Origin: a bacterium
GTDB lineage: Bacteria; RBG-13-61-14; DATKZS01
DNA length: 64,000 nucleotides
NCBI GenBank assembly: GCA_963674965.2
Contig: CAXXFL010000001.1
Span: 1,024,001-1,088,000 of the forward strand
Direction: 5' to 3'
The notes below the pieces were generated by a model, which was given only the letters and a program-made list of their open reading frames with translations, did not search any database and was not told the origin of the DNA. Position numbers and translations under genes: made by a program. This document shows, piece after piece, positions 1-9,984 of the stretch; the first letter of the stretch is position 1, and each line of letters begins with the position of its first letter.

Positions 1-698
1 CGGCTGTTGTAGCCGATGTGGGAGTGGTGATAGGACTCCCTGGCGCCGTGAACTCGAAGCAGTCGGATCGAGTCGGCCACGTCGTCGCGGTTGGTGGTTA
101 CCATGCCGCCGTCGCCATAGCCGCCCAGGTTCTTGCTCGGGTAAAAGCTAATGGCGGCCGCGTCGCCCATGGACCCGGCGCGACCGCCTCCAAGACCGGC
201 GCCGATCGCCTGGCAGGCGTCTTCCAGGATGGCCGGAGAAAAGGGACCCAAGACCGAGCGAATACCCGCGACGTCGGCGCATTGTCCGAAAAGATGCACC
301 GGAACGACGGCCCTGGTCCTCTCATTCACGGCCTCTTTGACCTTGTCCGTATCGATAAGGCAGGTATCGGGATCGACGTCAACGAAGACCGGTCTTGCCC
401 CGACAAGGACCACGCTCGAGGCGGTGCTGTAAAAAGTAAAGGTGGGCGTAATGACCTCGTCGCCCGGCCCGACGCCCAGGGCGCGAAGGGAGAGGATAAG
501 GGCGTCCGTTCCCGAGGCCACGCCCACCGCGTGCCTGGCTCCCACGTACTCGGCGATCTTTCGCTCCAGCTCGGACACCTCGGGTCCGAGTATGAAGCCC
601 TGGTTATCGAGCACATTCTCGATGCGATTTTTAACGTCTTGTTTGATTGCCGCGTACTGGGCGCGAAGGTCCAGAAGTGGAATTTTAATTTCCGTCAT
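1..698 (-). CDS. DegT/DnrJ/EryC1/StrS family PLP-dependent sugar aminotransferase (3' end runs off the window)
   Basis: Not in the ORF track. Manual minus-strand translation from ATG at 698 gives MTEIKIPLLDLRAQY...SGTDAL...GPGDEVITPTFTF...PVHLFGQCAD...EDACQA...SFYPSKNLGGYGDGGM. The + ORF 18..731 is its antisense shadow. Confidence 0.92.
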   Translation of the reverse strand, partial: MTEIKIPLLDLRAQYAAIKQDVKNRIENVLDNQGFILGPEVSELERKIAEYVGARHAVGVASGTDALILSLRALGVGPGDEVITPTFTFYSTASSVVLVGARPVFVDVDPDTCLIDTDKVKEAVNERTRAVVPVHLFGQCADVAGIRSVLGPFSPAILEDACQAIGAGLGGGRAGSMGDAAAISFYPSKNLGGYGDGGMVTTNRDDVADSIRLLRVHGARESYHHSHIGYNS

Positions 699-763
699 TA
701 TAAGTTTACCAACCTATCATATGGATTATAGCCGACGGGACGGTAGGGCAGTGGATGAAGGAA

Positions 764-1711
764 TCATGTTTTCCGCTCGTCGTGTTCTTTTATTTTGGCG
801 GCTATGGCGGGGCGGGCCTCCTCGAAGAAGGGCTCGGCGAACTCGAGGGTCCAGGTCCGGTCGGGAAAGGACCGGCTCTCGACCTGTTTCAGGAAGCGGG
901 CCTTGAAGTCGTCCAGCCTCCGGCCGTAGATATGGTAGCTGTCGGACTCGTCCACGTAGCGTCCCAGCTTGACCTCCCTTCCCGCCTTCTCGGCCACTTG
1001 TCCGGCCACCCGGGCCATGAGATGGATAAGGGCGAAGCAGTTCATAAAGGCCGCGTCGTAGGCGTCGCGAGAGCGGAAACGGACGTTCATGTTCAGGCGC
1101 CATACGCCTTGCTCGTCGGGGAGTATACGGAACCAAAGGGACTGCATGCAGGCGGGATCGTGTATTCCCGTGTCCTCCCACACCTTCCAGAGAACGGCCT
1201 GCTGGCGTCTCGAGTAAGGGGTCTTGGCCAGGCCCTCGGCCACCCGCTGGATCTGGTCCACGGCGCCCTCCACGCCCGGCGTACTATAGCTGAAAATCCG
1301 CTCGTGATAGGTGTACTCCCAACGCTGGTCCTCGGGATCGTTCGGGTCCCGACGCCAGTGGTCCTTGATCCCGTCCAGCACCTCCTGACGGTATTCCTCG
1401 AGCGCGTCCAGGCCGCCGGGAAAACTCCGGTGAATCACCGGCTCGGAAAAGGGGTCCTCGACGATAATCCGCATCGAGCAGTCAAGACTCGGCGGGTCAG
1501 TGAAAGTGCCCCGATCGTCCCTGGCGTCGTACTCGGTGCGTATATCGAGCCCATGCCCGTAAAGAGCAAGAAGACTGAGCTCCCAGGCCTGAGCCAATCC
1601 CTGGCCCCGGACCGCCAGCGTTGGTATCGAGCCGCCGCCCGCTCCCATCTCGACGAACACCCGTCCCGAGTCGGCGCCGAGTATTCTTTTCGCGTCATCT
1701 ATTCTCGACAT
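764..1711 (-). CDS. thyA: Thymidylate synthase, archaeal-like ThyA
   Basis: YTYHER, SRRQQAVLW, catalytic DPAC, FRSRD-x7-N (Asn, dUMP-type) and SYHIY motifs. Confidence 0.75.
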   Translation of the reverse strand: MSRIDDAKRILGADSGRVFVEMGAGGGSIPTLAVRGQGLAQAWELSLLALYGHGLDIRTEYDARDDRGTFTDPPSLDCSMRIIVEDPFSEPVIHRSFPGGLDALEEYRQEVLDGIKDHWRRDPNDPEDQRWEYTYHERIFSYSTPGVEGAVDQIQRVAEGLAKTPYSRRQQAVLWKVWEDTGIHDPACMQSLWFRILPDEQGVWRLNMNVRFRSRDAYDAAFMNCFALIHLMARVAGQVAEKAGREVKLGRYVDESDSYHIYGRRLDDFKARFLKQVESRSFPDRTWTLEFAEPFFEEARPAIAAKIKEHDERKT

Positions 1712-1720
1712 GCGCGGTCC

Positions 1721-2221
1721 TTATTCTTCCTTGCTCCCGGCGGCGGTTTTTTCGAGTATCTCGGGCAAGGGCTGGACGAGAACGTGGATTATCGTCTTGT
1801 AGCCGAACAGGTCGACATCGCGTTGGCTCCAGTGAATGGTTACCAGCCTTTTTTCATTGTCCCTGTAGGATATGCCCACGTCTCCCTTGGTGGTGGTGGC
1901 GATTTTAAACTTATTCTTTTGTATCTCGTTTTTAAAGTATTGAGCGAGGTCGCTCGCCTCGTCATTGGAAGAGAATCGCATATAATAACCGTCTACTTCC
2001 GCTTTCACCTCGTCCTTTAAGAGAGTGGAGTCGGGAGGAAGGATAAGAGAGTCCTGAATCTGCTTCTTGGCCAGGCGGATGGCCTCCTCCTCGGAAACGT
2101 CGTCCCCCGGGCAGCCGTAAAACGCCAGCGCCATAAAAGACGCCAGCGCGAAGATAAGAAGCGACTTGAAAACGCCGCCGCTATGATTAACCTTCTTAGA
2201 AAAGGGCCGTCTAGTTTGCAT
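1721..2221 (-). CDS. Hypothetical lipoprotein
   Basis: Hydrophobic signal ending AFYG-CPG. Tightly packed between serS and thyA. Confidence 0.6.
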   Translation of the reverse strand: MQTRRPFSKKVNHSGGVFKSLLIFALASFMALAFYGCPGDDVSEEEAIRLAKKQIQDSLILPPDSTLLKDEVKAEVDGYYMRFSSNDEASDLAQYFKNEIQKNKFKIATTTKGDVGISYRDNEKRLVTIHWSQRDVDLFGYKTIIHVLVQPLPEILEKTAAGSKEE

Positions 2222-2252
2222 GTCTTCCTCCCCGGAAAGCCGCCCGGCTCCC

Positions 2253-3590
<1,338 letters not shown>

Positions 3591-3990
3591 TCAAGCCGGC
3601 AATCTGAGAGTATAACATGAACCGTCTGGATGGTTCCACACGTTTCGCTTTTGGCCAATAATCTTCCCGAGTCCGAAAGGAGTCATTGCCCAGGGGCATT
3701 TGCATGGAGGTAAAAATTTAGCTAATCTGTAGCGGAATATGGGCCATCCAGGATTATCGCTGAATAAGGCCGTTGAGGCGTTGGTAATACTGCATTTTTT
3801 TCTTGTTTACTTTCTTTTTAAGATAAAGTAACGGCTCTTCAGTGTAAGCTGTAACCGCCTTTATTCAGGTGGAATCAGGGTATTTTCGGCGGAATCGTAA
3901 TAGATGAATCGTTTTGGGATCAAAATCGGATGAAGAAGATATCTTATCGATTTAACATTATAATTTAATAAGGAGAATACAAGAAAGGAC

Positions 3991-4659
3991 ATGAAAGATT
4001 TCAAGGAACATTACCAACCCAACGAAAGCGTCAAACGCTACTTCAGCGACGAGGCCCAGGAATGGAACAAGCACTACCAGGGTGGGGGCGTCTTTCTTAA
4101 GGTTTTCGACTCCTTATTCAGGAAGGCCCTGGTCCAAAGGTGGCAGTTTACAATGCAGTATTGCCTCCCCGCCGAGGGAAAGAGCTTCTTGGACGTGGGC
4201 TGCGGAACGGGAGTGCACTCGATTGCCCTTGCCAAGTCCGGCGCGGAAAAAATCGTGGGAGTAGATTTCGCTCCGGGCATGATAGGATTCGCAAAGCAGA
4301 AAGCCAAAGAGGAAGGCGTAGAGGCAAAATGCGAATTTATCATCGGGGATTTTATGAAAGCCGAGTTTAAAAAAGAGTACGACGTCGTCTACGCGATGGG
4401 GGTTTTCGATTACATTGAGGACCCGGTTCCCTTCTGGAAAAAAATGGCCGACGCGAGCACCGGCGCGGTCATAGGCGCTTTTCCCGGCCGCGATTTTTTT
4501 CGGAGAAAACAAAGAGAATTCAGATATAGACTCAAGGGCGTGCCGGTGTACTTCTATTCGCCGGAACAAATCGGTAAAATCTGCGCCGACGCGGGCGTGC
4601 CCAAATATGAGATCGTCAGATTGCAAAGCGGCTATATGGTGGCGGGGTTGATTGATTGA
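3991..4659 (+). CDS. Class I SAM-dependent methyltransferase
   Basis: LDVGCGTG motif I, GVDF motif. RBS upstream. Overlaps the next gene. Confidence 0.85.
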   Translation: MKDFKEHYQPNESVKRYFSDEAQEWNKHYQGGGVFLKVFDSLFRKALVQRWQFTMQYCLPAEGKSFLDVGCGTGVHSIALAKSGAEKIVGVDFAPGMIGFAKQKAKEEGVEAKCEFIIGDFMKAEFKKEYDVVYAMGVFDYIEDPVPFWKKMADASTGAVIGAFPGRDFFRRKQREFRYRLKGVPVYFYSPEQIGKICADAGVPKYEIVRLQSGYMVAGLID

Positions 4660-5546
4660 TCAACTTTATGTCCATAGACGTCGAGGATTACGAGTCTCTG
4701 GTCAACCGGGATTTTTTCGGGGTCCTTACCGAGGTCTCCAGTTCGGTCGTGGATTGCACCCTTCGCTTCCTTGATATTCTCGACGAGGCGGGTGTCACGG
4801 CGACCTGCTTTTGCCTGGGTCTGGTGGCCAAGGCGAAACCGGAACTGATAAGGGAAATACACGGGAGGGGGTTCGAGGTCGCCTCCCACGGAATGAATCA
4901 CCTGTTCTATTCTCAATACGGCGTGGATGAGGCATATCAAGACATGAAGGACGCCAAGGACGCCATCGAGGACGTTCTTGGCGAGGAGATCACGGGCTTC
5001 AGGGCCCCGGCCTTCAACGTTTCCTTGAAGCGTCCCGAGCTAATCGAGGCCATCGTCAAAGCGGGCTATAAATACGACTCATCGATTTTTCCTTTCCAAG
5101 GCAGAAGATACGGCTGCCCCGAAAGCCCAAGATCGCCTTATCGGATCGGTACCCGAGCCGGAGATCTCATCGAGTTCCATTTATCCACCGTTCGGGTACG
5201 GGGCAAAAGAATTCCAGCCGCTGGAGGAGGATACCTGAGACATTTCCCATATTTTTTAAACGCCAAAGCCATTCGTTCAATAAACGAAGAGGGAATTCCG
5301 GTCGTGGTATATCTACATCCTCAAGAATGTTTCGAGGGTAAATTCAACCTGCTGATAAAAGAGGCGGACCCGAAAACGCAACTTAAAGCGGCGCTGTTCG
5401 ATTTCAATCAAAGCGTCGGACGTAAAAGAACCATTAAAAAATTAACGCGTTTGACCGAGGATTTTCAGTTCACGGCGATGAGGAATTTTTTTTCAAGTCC
5501 CCAGTATAATGAGAGGGGTCTATTGGAAGTAAGCGTCAAATCATAA
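4656..5546 (+). CDS. Polysaccharide deacetylase (NodB fold, DUF3473 type)
   Basis: SIDVEDY, ATCF, EVASHGMNH, GFRAPAF, YDSS, GGGYLR, YLHP motifs. Confidence 0.88.
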   Translation: MINFMSIDVEDYESLVNRDFFGVLTEVSSSVVDCTLRFLDILDEAGVTATCFCLGLVAKAKPELIREIHGRGFEVASHGMNHLFYSQYGVDEAYQDMKDAKDAIEDVLGEEITGFRAPAFNVSLKRPELIEAIVKAGYKYDSSIFPFQGRRYGCPESPRSPYRIGTRAGDLIEFHLSTVRVRGKRIPAAGGGYLRHFPYFLNAKAIRSINEEGIPVVVYLHPQECFEGKFNLLIKEADPKTQLKAALFDFNQSVGRKRTIKKLTRLTEDFQFTAMRNFFSSPQYNERGLLEVSVKS

Positions 5547-5552
5547 TTTAAT

Positions 5553-5738
5553 GAGCTTCTTGCAAAAGCCCCTTTCTTGGCGGCATAGCCGCTTTGGATT
5601 GTGGTCGCTTGAGAGCGCTTTCGATGGCTTTGGCTTGACAAGGCCTAAGAAAACAACGGCTAGCCTCGCGTCAAGCCGCTCGGAAGAAAAGCGGCGTCGA
5701 GCCGCCGCACTCCAAAGCGGGACTTTTACAAGAGGCTC
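5553..5738. mobile_element. 186-bp MITE, copy 1
   Basis: Imperfect terminal inverted repeats GAGCTTCTTGCAAAAG / CTTTTACAAGAGGCTC with TAAT on both flanks (4-bp TSD). Near-identical to copies at 9944 and 12555, in the opposite orientation. Confidence 0.88.
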
Positions 5739-5819
5739 TAATAACTTCGGATTTTACAGTTCCTGCTTTGAAATAGAGTCCTTCGCTCCCATCCTTTCCT
5801 GATCGCTATCTCATCCCCT

Positions 5820-6599
5820 TCAAATCAATTGCTCAATTTTGACCAAGGCGCCTTTTACGACTCCAAGCCTCTTCGCCGTCGATCCGTTCATAACCGATAT
5901 CTCGAGGCGGCCTGAGGAACCGATAAGGGCAATGAGCAGCCCGGCCTGGCCCATTCCGTAACAGGTTTTCAAACCTTCGATAGTCTCGTTGGCAATGGTG
6001 ATTTTTACTCGTTCAGGCTGGATCGAGTCGCGGGGCACGTTCGTGATAAGGTTTCCGAAGCGGTCTATCTGGACGACCCGTCCCATGACGGTTTGGCCCG
6101 CTACCTCTGGCTCGGGAATCTCGAGCTTCACGGGGTCCGAGACGGGGGACCCCAGGTCGGACAGCCGGAGACCGGAGGCGATCCTGGCGGCGACGGGCGC
6201 GAAAACGTCGCGGCCGTGGAAGGTCGAGCTCAGGTTGTCAAGGAAAAATTTTTTCCGGTCCAGAGCGACGGCCTTGTCCGCGGGCAGAAAAAAGGAGAAC
6301 AGTCCGTTGTCCGGCCCCACGAAAATATTGCCATCCTTCTCGATGGCTATTGGTCTTCGGCTTGTCCCCACTCCGGGATCGACTACCGCGAGATGCACCG
6401 TCCCTTTTCCGAAAAAGGGGACCGAGTCCTTGAGGGTCCAGGCCGCCCATTCAACGTCCTGGGCCGGTATCTGGTGAGTCAGGTCCACGATCCTGGCCGA
6501 GGGCAGTATTTTTAAAATTACTCCCTTTACCACCCCCACGTAGTGGTCCTCGAGGCCGAAGTCGGAAGTAAAGGTGATAACGCCACTAGGATCGGTCAT
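5820..6599 (-). CDS. SAM hydroxide adenosyltransferase / chlorinase-fluorinase family (DUF62)
   Basis: ITFTSDFG, VVDPGVG, GPDNG, STFHGRDVFAP, DRFGNLITN. Confidence 0.93.
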   Translation of the reverse strand: MTDPSGVITFTSDFGLEDHYVGVVKGVILKILPSARIVDLTHQIPAQDVEWAAWTLKDSVPFFGKGTVHLAVVDPGVGTSRRPIAIEKDGNIFVGPDNGLFSFFLPADKAVALDRKKFFLDNLSSTFHGRDVFAPVAARIASGLRLSDLGSPVSDPVKLEIPEPEVAGQTVMGRVVQIDRFGNLITNVPRDSIQPERVKITIANETIEGLKTCYGMGQAGLLIALIGSSGRLEISVMNGSTAKRLGVVKGALVKIEQLI

Positions 6600-6630
6600 T
6601 ATGTTTCCTTGGTTTCTATATACTCAGAAC

Positions 6631-7224
6631 CTATCTGGGCATAATCCGGAGGGACCCGCCCATGGCCTTGAAAAGGGCCTTGTATGACTCGAACATGGCT
6701 TTGGGGGCCTTGGTCGTGACCACCCAGGCGGAGAAGTCCCGGGTCTGACAAAAAGACATGGCCTCGACGGGCTTGCCGTCGTTGGGATACTCGTAGTGAA
6801 TCCAGGCCATGCCCGATCCGGGAAGAGGCTCGACTCCTCCTTCTATGATGTTGAGGTCCTTGATAGACATCTGCATGGCCGGAACGTTGGCGTAAAGGTA
6901 CTGATAGGGGTCCATCCGCTGAGTCAGACTCTCGACCACAACGTTAACGAGCGGGCCGTCGATGCCCGCGCCGGGGGCGGAGGCAAAAAGCACCGGGTTC
7001 TCGGAACGTTTTTCCAAATCCCAGTCGGCCGGGACCTTAAGCGTGTATTGCTTCCATTGATCGTAATGGACCGTAAACTCGACGGACTCGACGGGAATAC
7101 TCTTGGCGTTGGCACCGTCCTTATCGACCTTGACCTCGGGCGGTCTGCCGGGGCAGGACTGTACGCCCAGATTGGACAAGGCCAAAAGAGCCGCCGCGAT
7201 GAGCCAAACGTTTACTCTTCTCAT
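6631..7224 (-). CDS. Lipoprotein, probable PsbP/DcrB-like fold
   Basis: Signal ending VQS-CPG, 'YTLKVPADW', NVVVE, C-terminal amphipathic helix. Paralog of the adjacent gene. Confidence 0.55.
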   Translation of the reverse strand: MRRVNVWLIAAALLALSNLGVQSCPGRPPEVKVDKDGANAKSIPVESVEFTVHYDQWKQYTLKVPADWDLEKRSENPVLFASAPGAGIDGPLVNVVVESLTQRMDPYQYLYANVPAMQMSIKDLNIIEGGVEPLPGSGMAWIHYEYPNDGKPVEAMSFCQTRDFSAWVVTTKAPKAMFESYKALFKAMGGSLRIMPR

Positions 7225-7805
7225 GGGAGCACCCGGAAGCTTTGGCTGATTTCCTCCAAGGGCTTTCTGTACTTAAACGCCTGGGTCCGCTCGTAAGTCG
7301 CGTTTATTAGGTAGGCGTAGCGAGGACCGGGCAACGCGTAAATAACCGTCTCCAAATCGAAAATACCGATTCTGTGATCGTAGACCAGATAGGCGGCTTT
7401 TTGTCCGCCAATCTGGACGTGGCCCTTTTCCAACTCTTTAAAATCGGTAACCATGGTCTTGAGATTGGGCATGTTGGCCTCCATAACCTCGTCACAGGTC
7501 ATGGGCTTGGGAAGTGGACTCGAGGCAATGGAAACGTTCTCACGATACTTGTCGTCAATCGCGTCAATCTGGGCCAATCCGATAGCGTCAAGCCCCAGGG
7601 TATTGACGCGGATTTCCCAGTTTTCGCCGAATTGAATGGAAAACCCTTTTTCCTTATCCTCATAATAGCCGGGTGGGGAATCCGCTCCCTTTTGACAACG
7701 CGAGCCAAAACAAAAAACCGCAATTAACGCGCAAGCTAAAGTTATTGCATGATTTATTAGTGGACTGAAGTCGCGCCGGCAAGGCGCCTCGCCATATGTC
7801 CTCAT
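7221..7805 (-). CDS. Secreted or lipoprotein, probable PsbP/DcrB-like fold (start uncertain)
   Basis: GFSIQFGENW, ENVSI, IGGQKA, EEISQSFRV. ATGA overlap with the downstream paralog. Confidence 0.55.
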   Translation of the reverse strand: MRTYGEAPCRRDFSPLINHAITLACALIAVFCFGSRCQKGADSPPGYYEDKEKGFSIQFGENWEIRVNTLGLDAIGLAQIDAIDDKYRENVSIASSPLPKPMTCDEVMEANMPNLKTMVTDFKELEKGHVQIGGQKAAYLVYDHRIGIFDLETVIYALPGPRYAYLINATYERTQAFKYRKPLEEISQSFRVLP

Positions 7806-7815
7806 AAGACGTCCT

Positions 7816-9750
7816 TTATTTTGCCCGCGTAATTTCCTCGATAGCCTCGGGGTTCTCCACCGAGGCCAGATCGCCCGGGTCCTTGCCAAGATACTTGCGC
7901 TTGATCGCGCCTCGCACGATCTTGGCGGACCTTGTCTTGGGCAGGGCGCTGACGAAAAGAAGCTTCTCGGGTTTAAGCGTTTTTCCCAGCTTGTCAACTA
8001 TTAGAGAGGAAATTTCAGCCCGGAGTTCCTCGGAAGGCTCATGGCCTTGCTTTAGCACCACAAAGCACACCACGCTCTCGCCTTTCAACTCGTGGGGAAC
8101 ACCTATGGCCGCGCTTTCCTGTACGGCCTTGTGTTCGTTGGCCGCGCTCTCGATTTCGGCGGGTCCCGTGCGTTTTCCCGCCAGCTTGATGGTGTCGTCC
8201 GATCTTCCATGCAAAAACCAGAAGCCGTCCTCATCCACCAGGGCCCAGTCGCCGTGATACCAAATACCCTCGTACTTCGAGAAATAGGTGTCGATATAGC
8301 GCTCGTCGTCATTAAGAAAAGACTTGGTCATGGAGGGCGCCGGCTTCTTGCAAACCAGGTGGCCTATGCCCCCCTTGATGGAGTTTCCATCCTCATCGAA
8401 AACGTCCACGTCCATGCCCAGGCCAGGGCCTTGCAGAGTGCAGGGCTTGAGGGGATGGATCGGATAAGGCTGGAGATGGCAGCCCATGATCTCGGTCCCG
8501 CCGGAAATATTGATAATGGGACAGCGCCCTCCCCCGACCTTTTCGAAGAACCACATGTAGGCCTCGGGGTCCCATGGCTCGCCCGAGCTGGCCAGGAGAC
8601 GAAGTTTACTGAAGTCGTGTTTTTCAACGTTCTCCGGCGGCTGGGCCTTCATCAGCCGGATGGCGGTGGGCGAGATGCCGAACTCGGTCACTTTGTGGTC
8701 CTCGATGACGTTCCAGAGCCTGTCCGGTTCCGGGTAATTGGGCGTTCCCTCGTAGACCAGGTAGGGCGTCCGGTAGAACTGGCACCCGATGAACTCCCAC
8801 GGTCCCATCATCCATCCGATGTCGGTGGGCCAGAAAAAAACGTCCTCCGGTTTCACGTCGCAGGCGTAGCCCACTTCCTTGGATACCTGGGCGATAACGC
8901 CGGCGTGGGTGTGGACCGTGCCTTTGGGCTTTCCCGTGGTGCCCGACGTATAAATGACCATGCATGGATCCTCGGCCTCCATCACCTCGGTGGCCGCCTC
9001 CTCGGAACGGCCCGCAATCCAGTCCTCGAAATAAACGTCACGGTCGTCCTTCATGGGAACGTCCTGGCCGGTTCGCTTGTAGACAACCACGCGACGGACG
9101 CTCGGGACCTGGTCCGCCGCCCGGTCCGCCTCATGCTTGATCGCCACGGGTTTACCACGTCTTACACCACCGTCGGCCGTAAAGAGGGCCTTGGCGCCCG
9201 CGTCCTCCAAACGCGTCGCCAGGGCCGCTCCTCCAAACCCGGAAAAAACCGGGATCACGATGGCCCCGATCTTGAGACAGGCGAAGTAAACGGCCACAAT
9301 CTCCGGGACCATGGGCATGAAGATGCTCACGAAATCGCCCTTGCCGATCCCGTCCTCGCGAAGGGCGTTGGCTATGAGGCATACCAGGGCGTTCATCTGG
9401 CCGTAGGTAAAACTTCTCTTTTCCTTGTCGTCTCCCTCCCACATGAGGCAGGTCGAGTCGGCAAAGCCGTTCTTGACGTGGCGGTCGATAACGTTATGCA
9501 CGATGTTGATCTTGCCGCCCACGAACCACTTGGCCCAGGGGAACCCCCTCGAGTCGTCCAGGATTTCTGTATAAGGCTCGTACCACTCGACGCCCACGTC
9601 CGCGAGGCAGGAATCCCAGAACCACCTCGTGTCCCGAGTGCTCCTCTCGATGAGATCGCGGTAATTGTCGATGCCGTGTTTTTGCATGAAGCGCCACACG
9701 TTGGTCTTCTCGATCATTTCCCTGGTGGGTTCCCAGATTATTCCTGACAT
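7816..9750 (-). CDS. Acetate/acyl-CoA ligase (AMP-forming)
   Basis: YTSGTTGKPKG, DIGWMMG, GEPWD, GGTE, GRSDD, LPKTRSAKI. Confidence 0.93.
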   Translation of the reverse strand: MSGIIWEPTREMIEKTNVWRFMQKHGIDNYRDLIERSTRDTRWFWDSCLADVGVEWYEPYTEILDDSRGFPWAKWFVGGKINIVHNVIDRHVKNGFADSTCLMWEGDDKEKRSFTYGQMNALVCLIANALREDGIGKGDFVSIFMPMVPEIVAVYFACLKIGAIVIPVFSGFGGAALATRLEDAGAKALFTADGGVRRGKPVAIKHEADRAADQVPSVRRVVVYKRTGQDVPMKDDRDVYFEDWIAGRSEEAATEVMEAEDPCMVIYTSGTTGKPKGTVHTHAGVIAQVSKEVGYACDVKPEDVFFWPTDIGWMMGPWEFIGCQFYRTPYLVYEGTPNYPEPDRLWNVIEDHKVTEFGISPTAIRLMKAQPPENVEKHDFSKLRLLASSGEPWDPEAYMWFFEKVGGGRCPIINISGGTEIMGCHLQPYPIHPLKPCTLQGPGLGMDVDVFDEDGNSIKGGIGHLVCKKPAPSMTKSFLNDDERYIDTYFSKYEGIWYHGDWALVDEDGFWFLHGRSDDTIKLAGKRTGPAEIESAANEHKAVQESAAIGVPHELKGESVVCFVVLKQGHEPSEELRAEISSLIVDKLGKTLKPEKLLFVSALPKTRSAKIVRGAIKRKYLGKDPGDLASVENPEAIEEITRAK

Positions 9751-9984
9751 AGTTCCTCCCTTTGGCGAGTGGGCAAAAGATTCTTACAGGCGACGGCCGC
9801 GAGCGACAGGATATGGCCTTCCCGATCAAATTCTATCATAGGGCATATTTCAGTCAACGCTCTGAGACAAAAGAAAAAATCCGCCGCCCAATATGTCGGC
9901 GCAGCGGGGACAATCTTGCCGCGGTAAAATTCCATCGTTTCCCGGGCCTCTTGCAAAAGTCCCGCTTTGGAGTGCGGCGGCTCG

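Noticed and set aside
18-2020. Long + strand ORFs 18..731 and 755..2020
   Set aside because: Antisense shadows of the minus-strand aminotransferase and thyA genes, typical of GC-rich DNA.
5551-5802. Short ORFs such as MSFLQKPLSWRHSRFG (also 11386, 12492, 11210)
   Set aside because: Translations of the MITE or the IS end, not genes.
8092-9747. 551-aa + ORF, and similar long ORFs at 21406, 43279, 47909, 51849 and 10158
   Set aside because: Antisense to well-supported genes, with no recognisable motifs.
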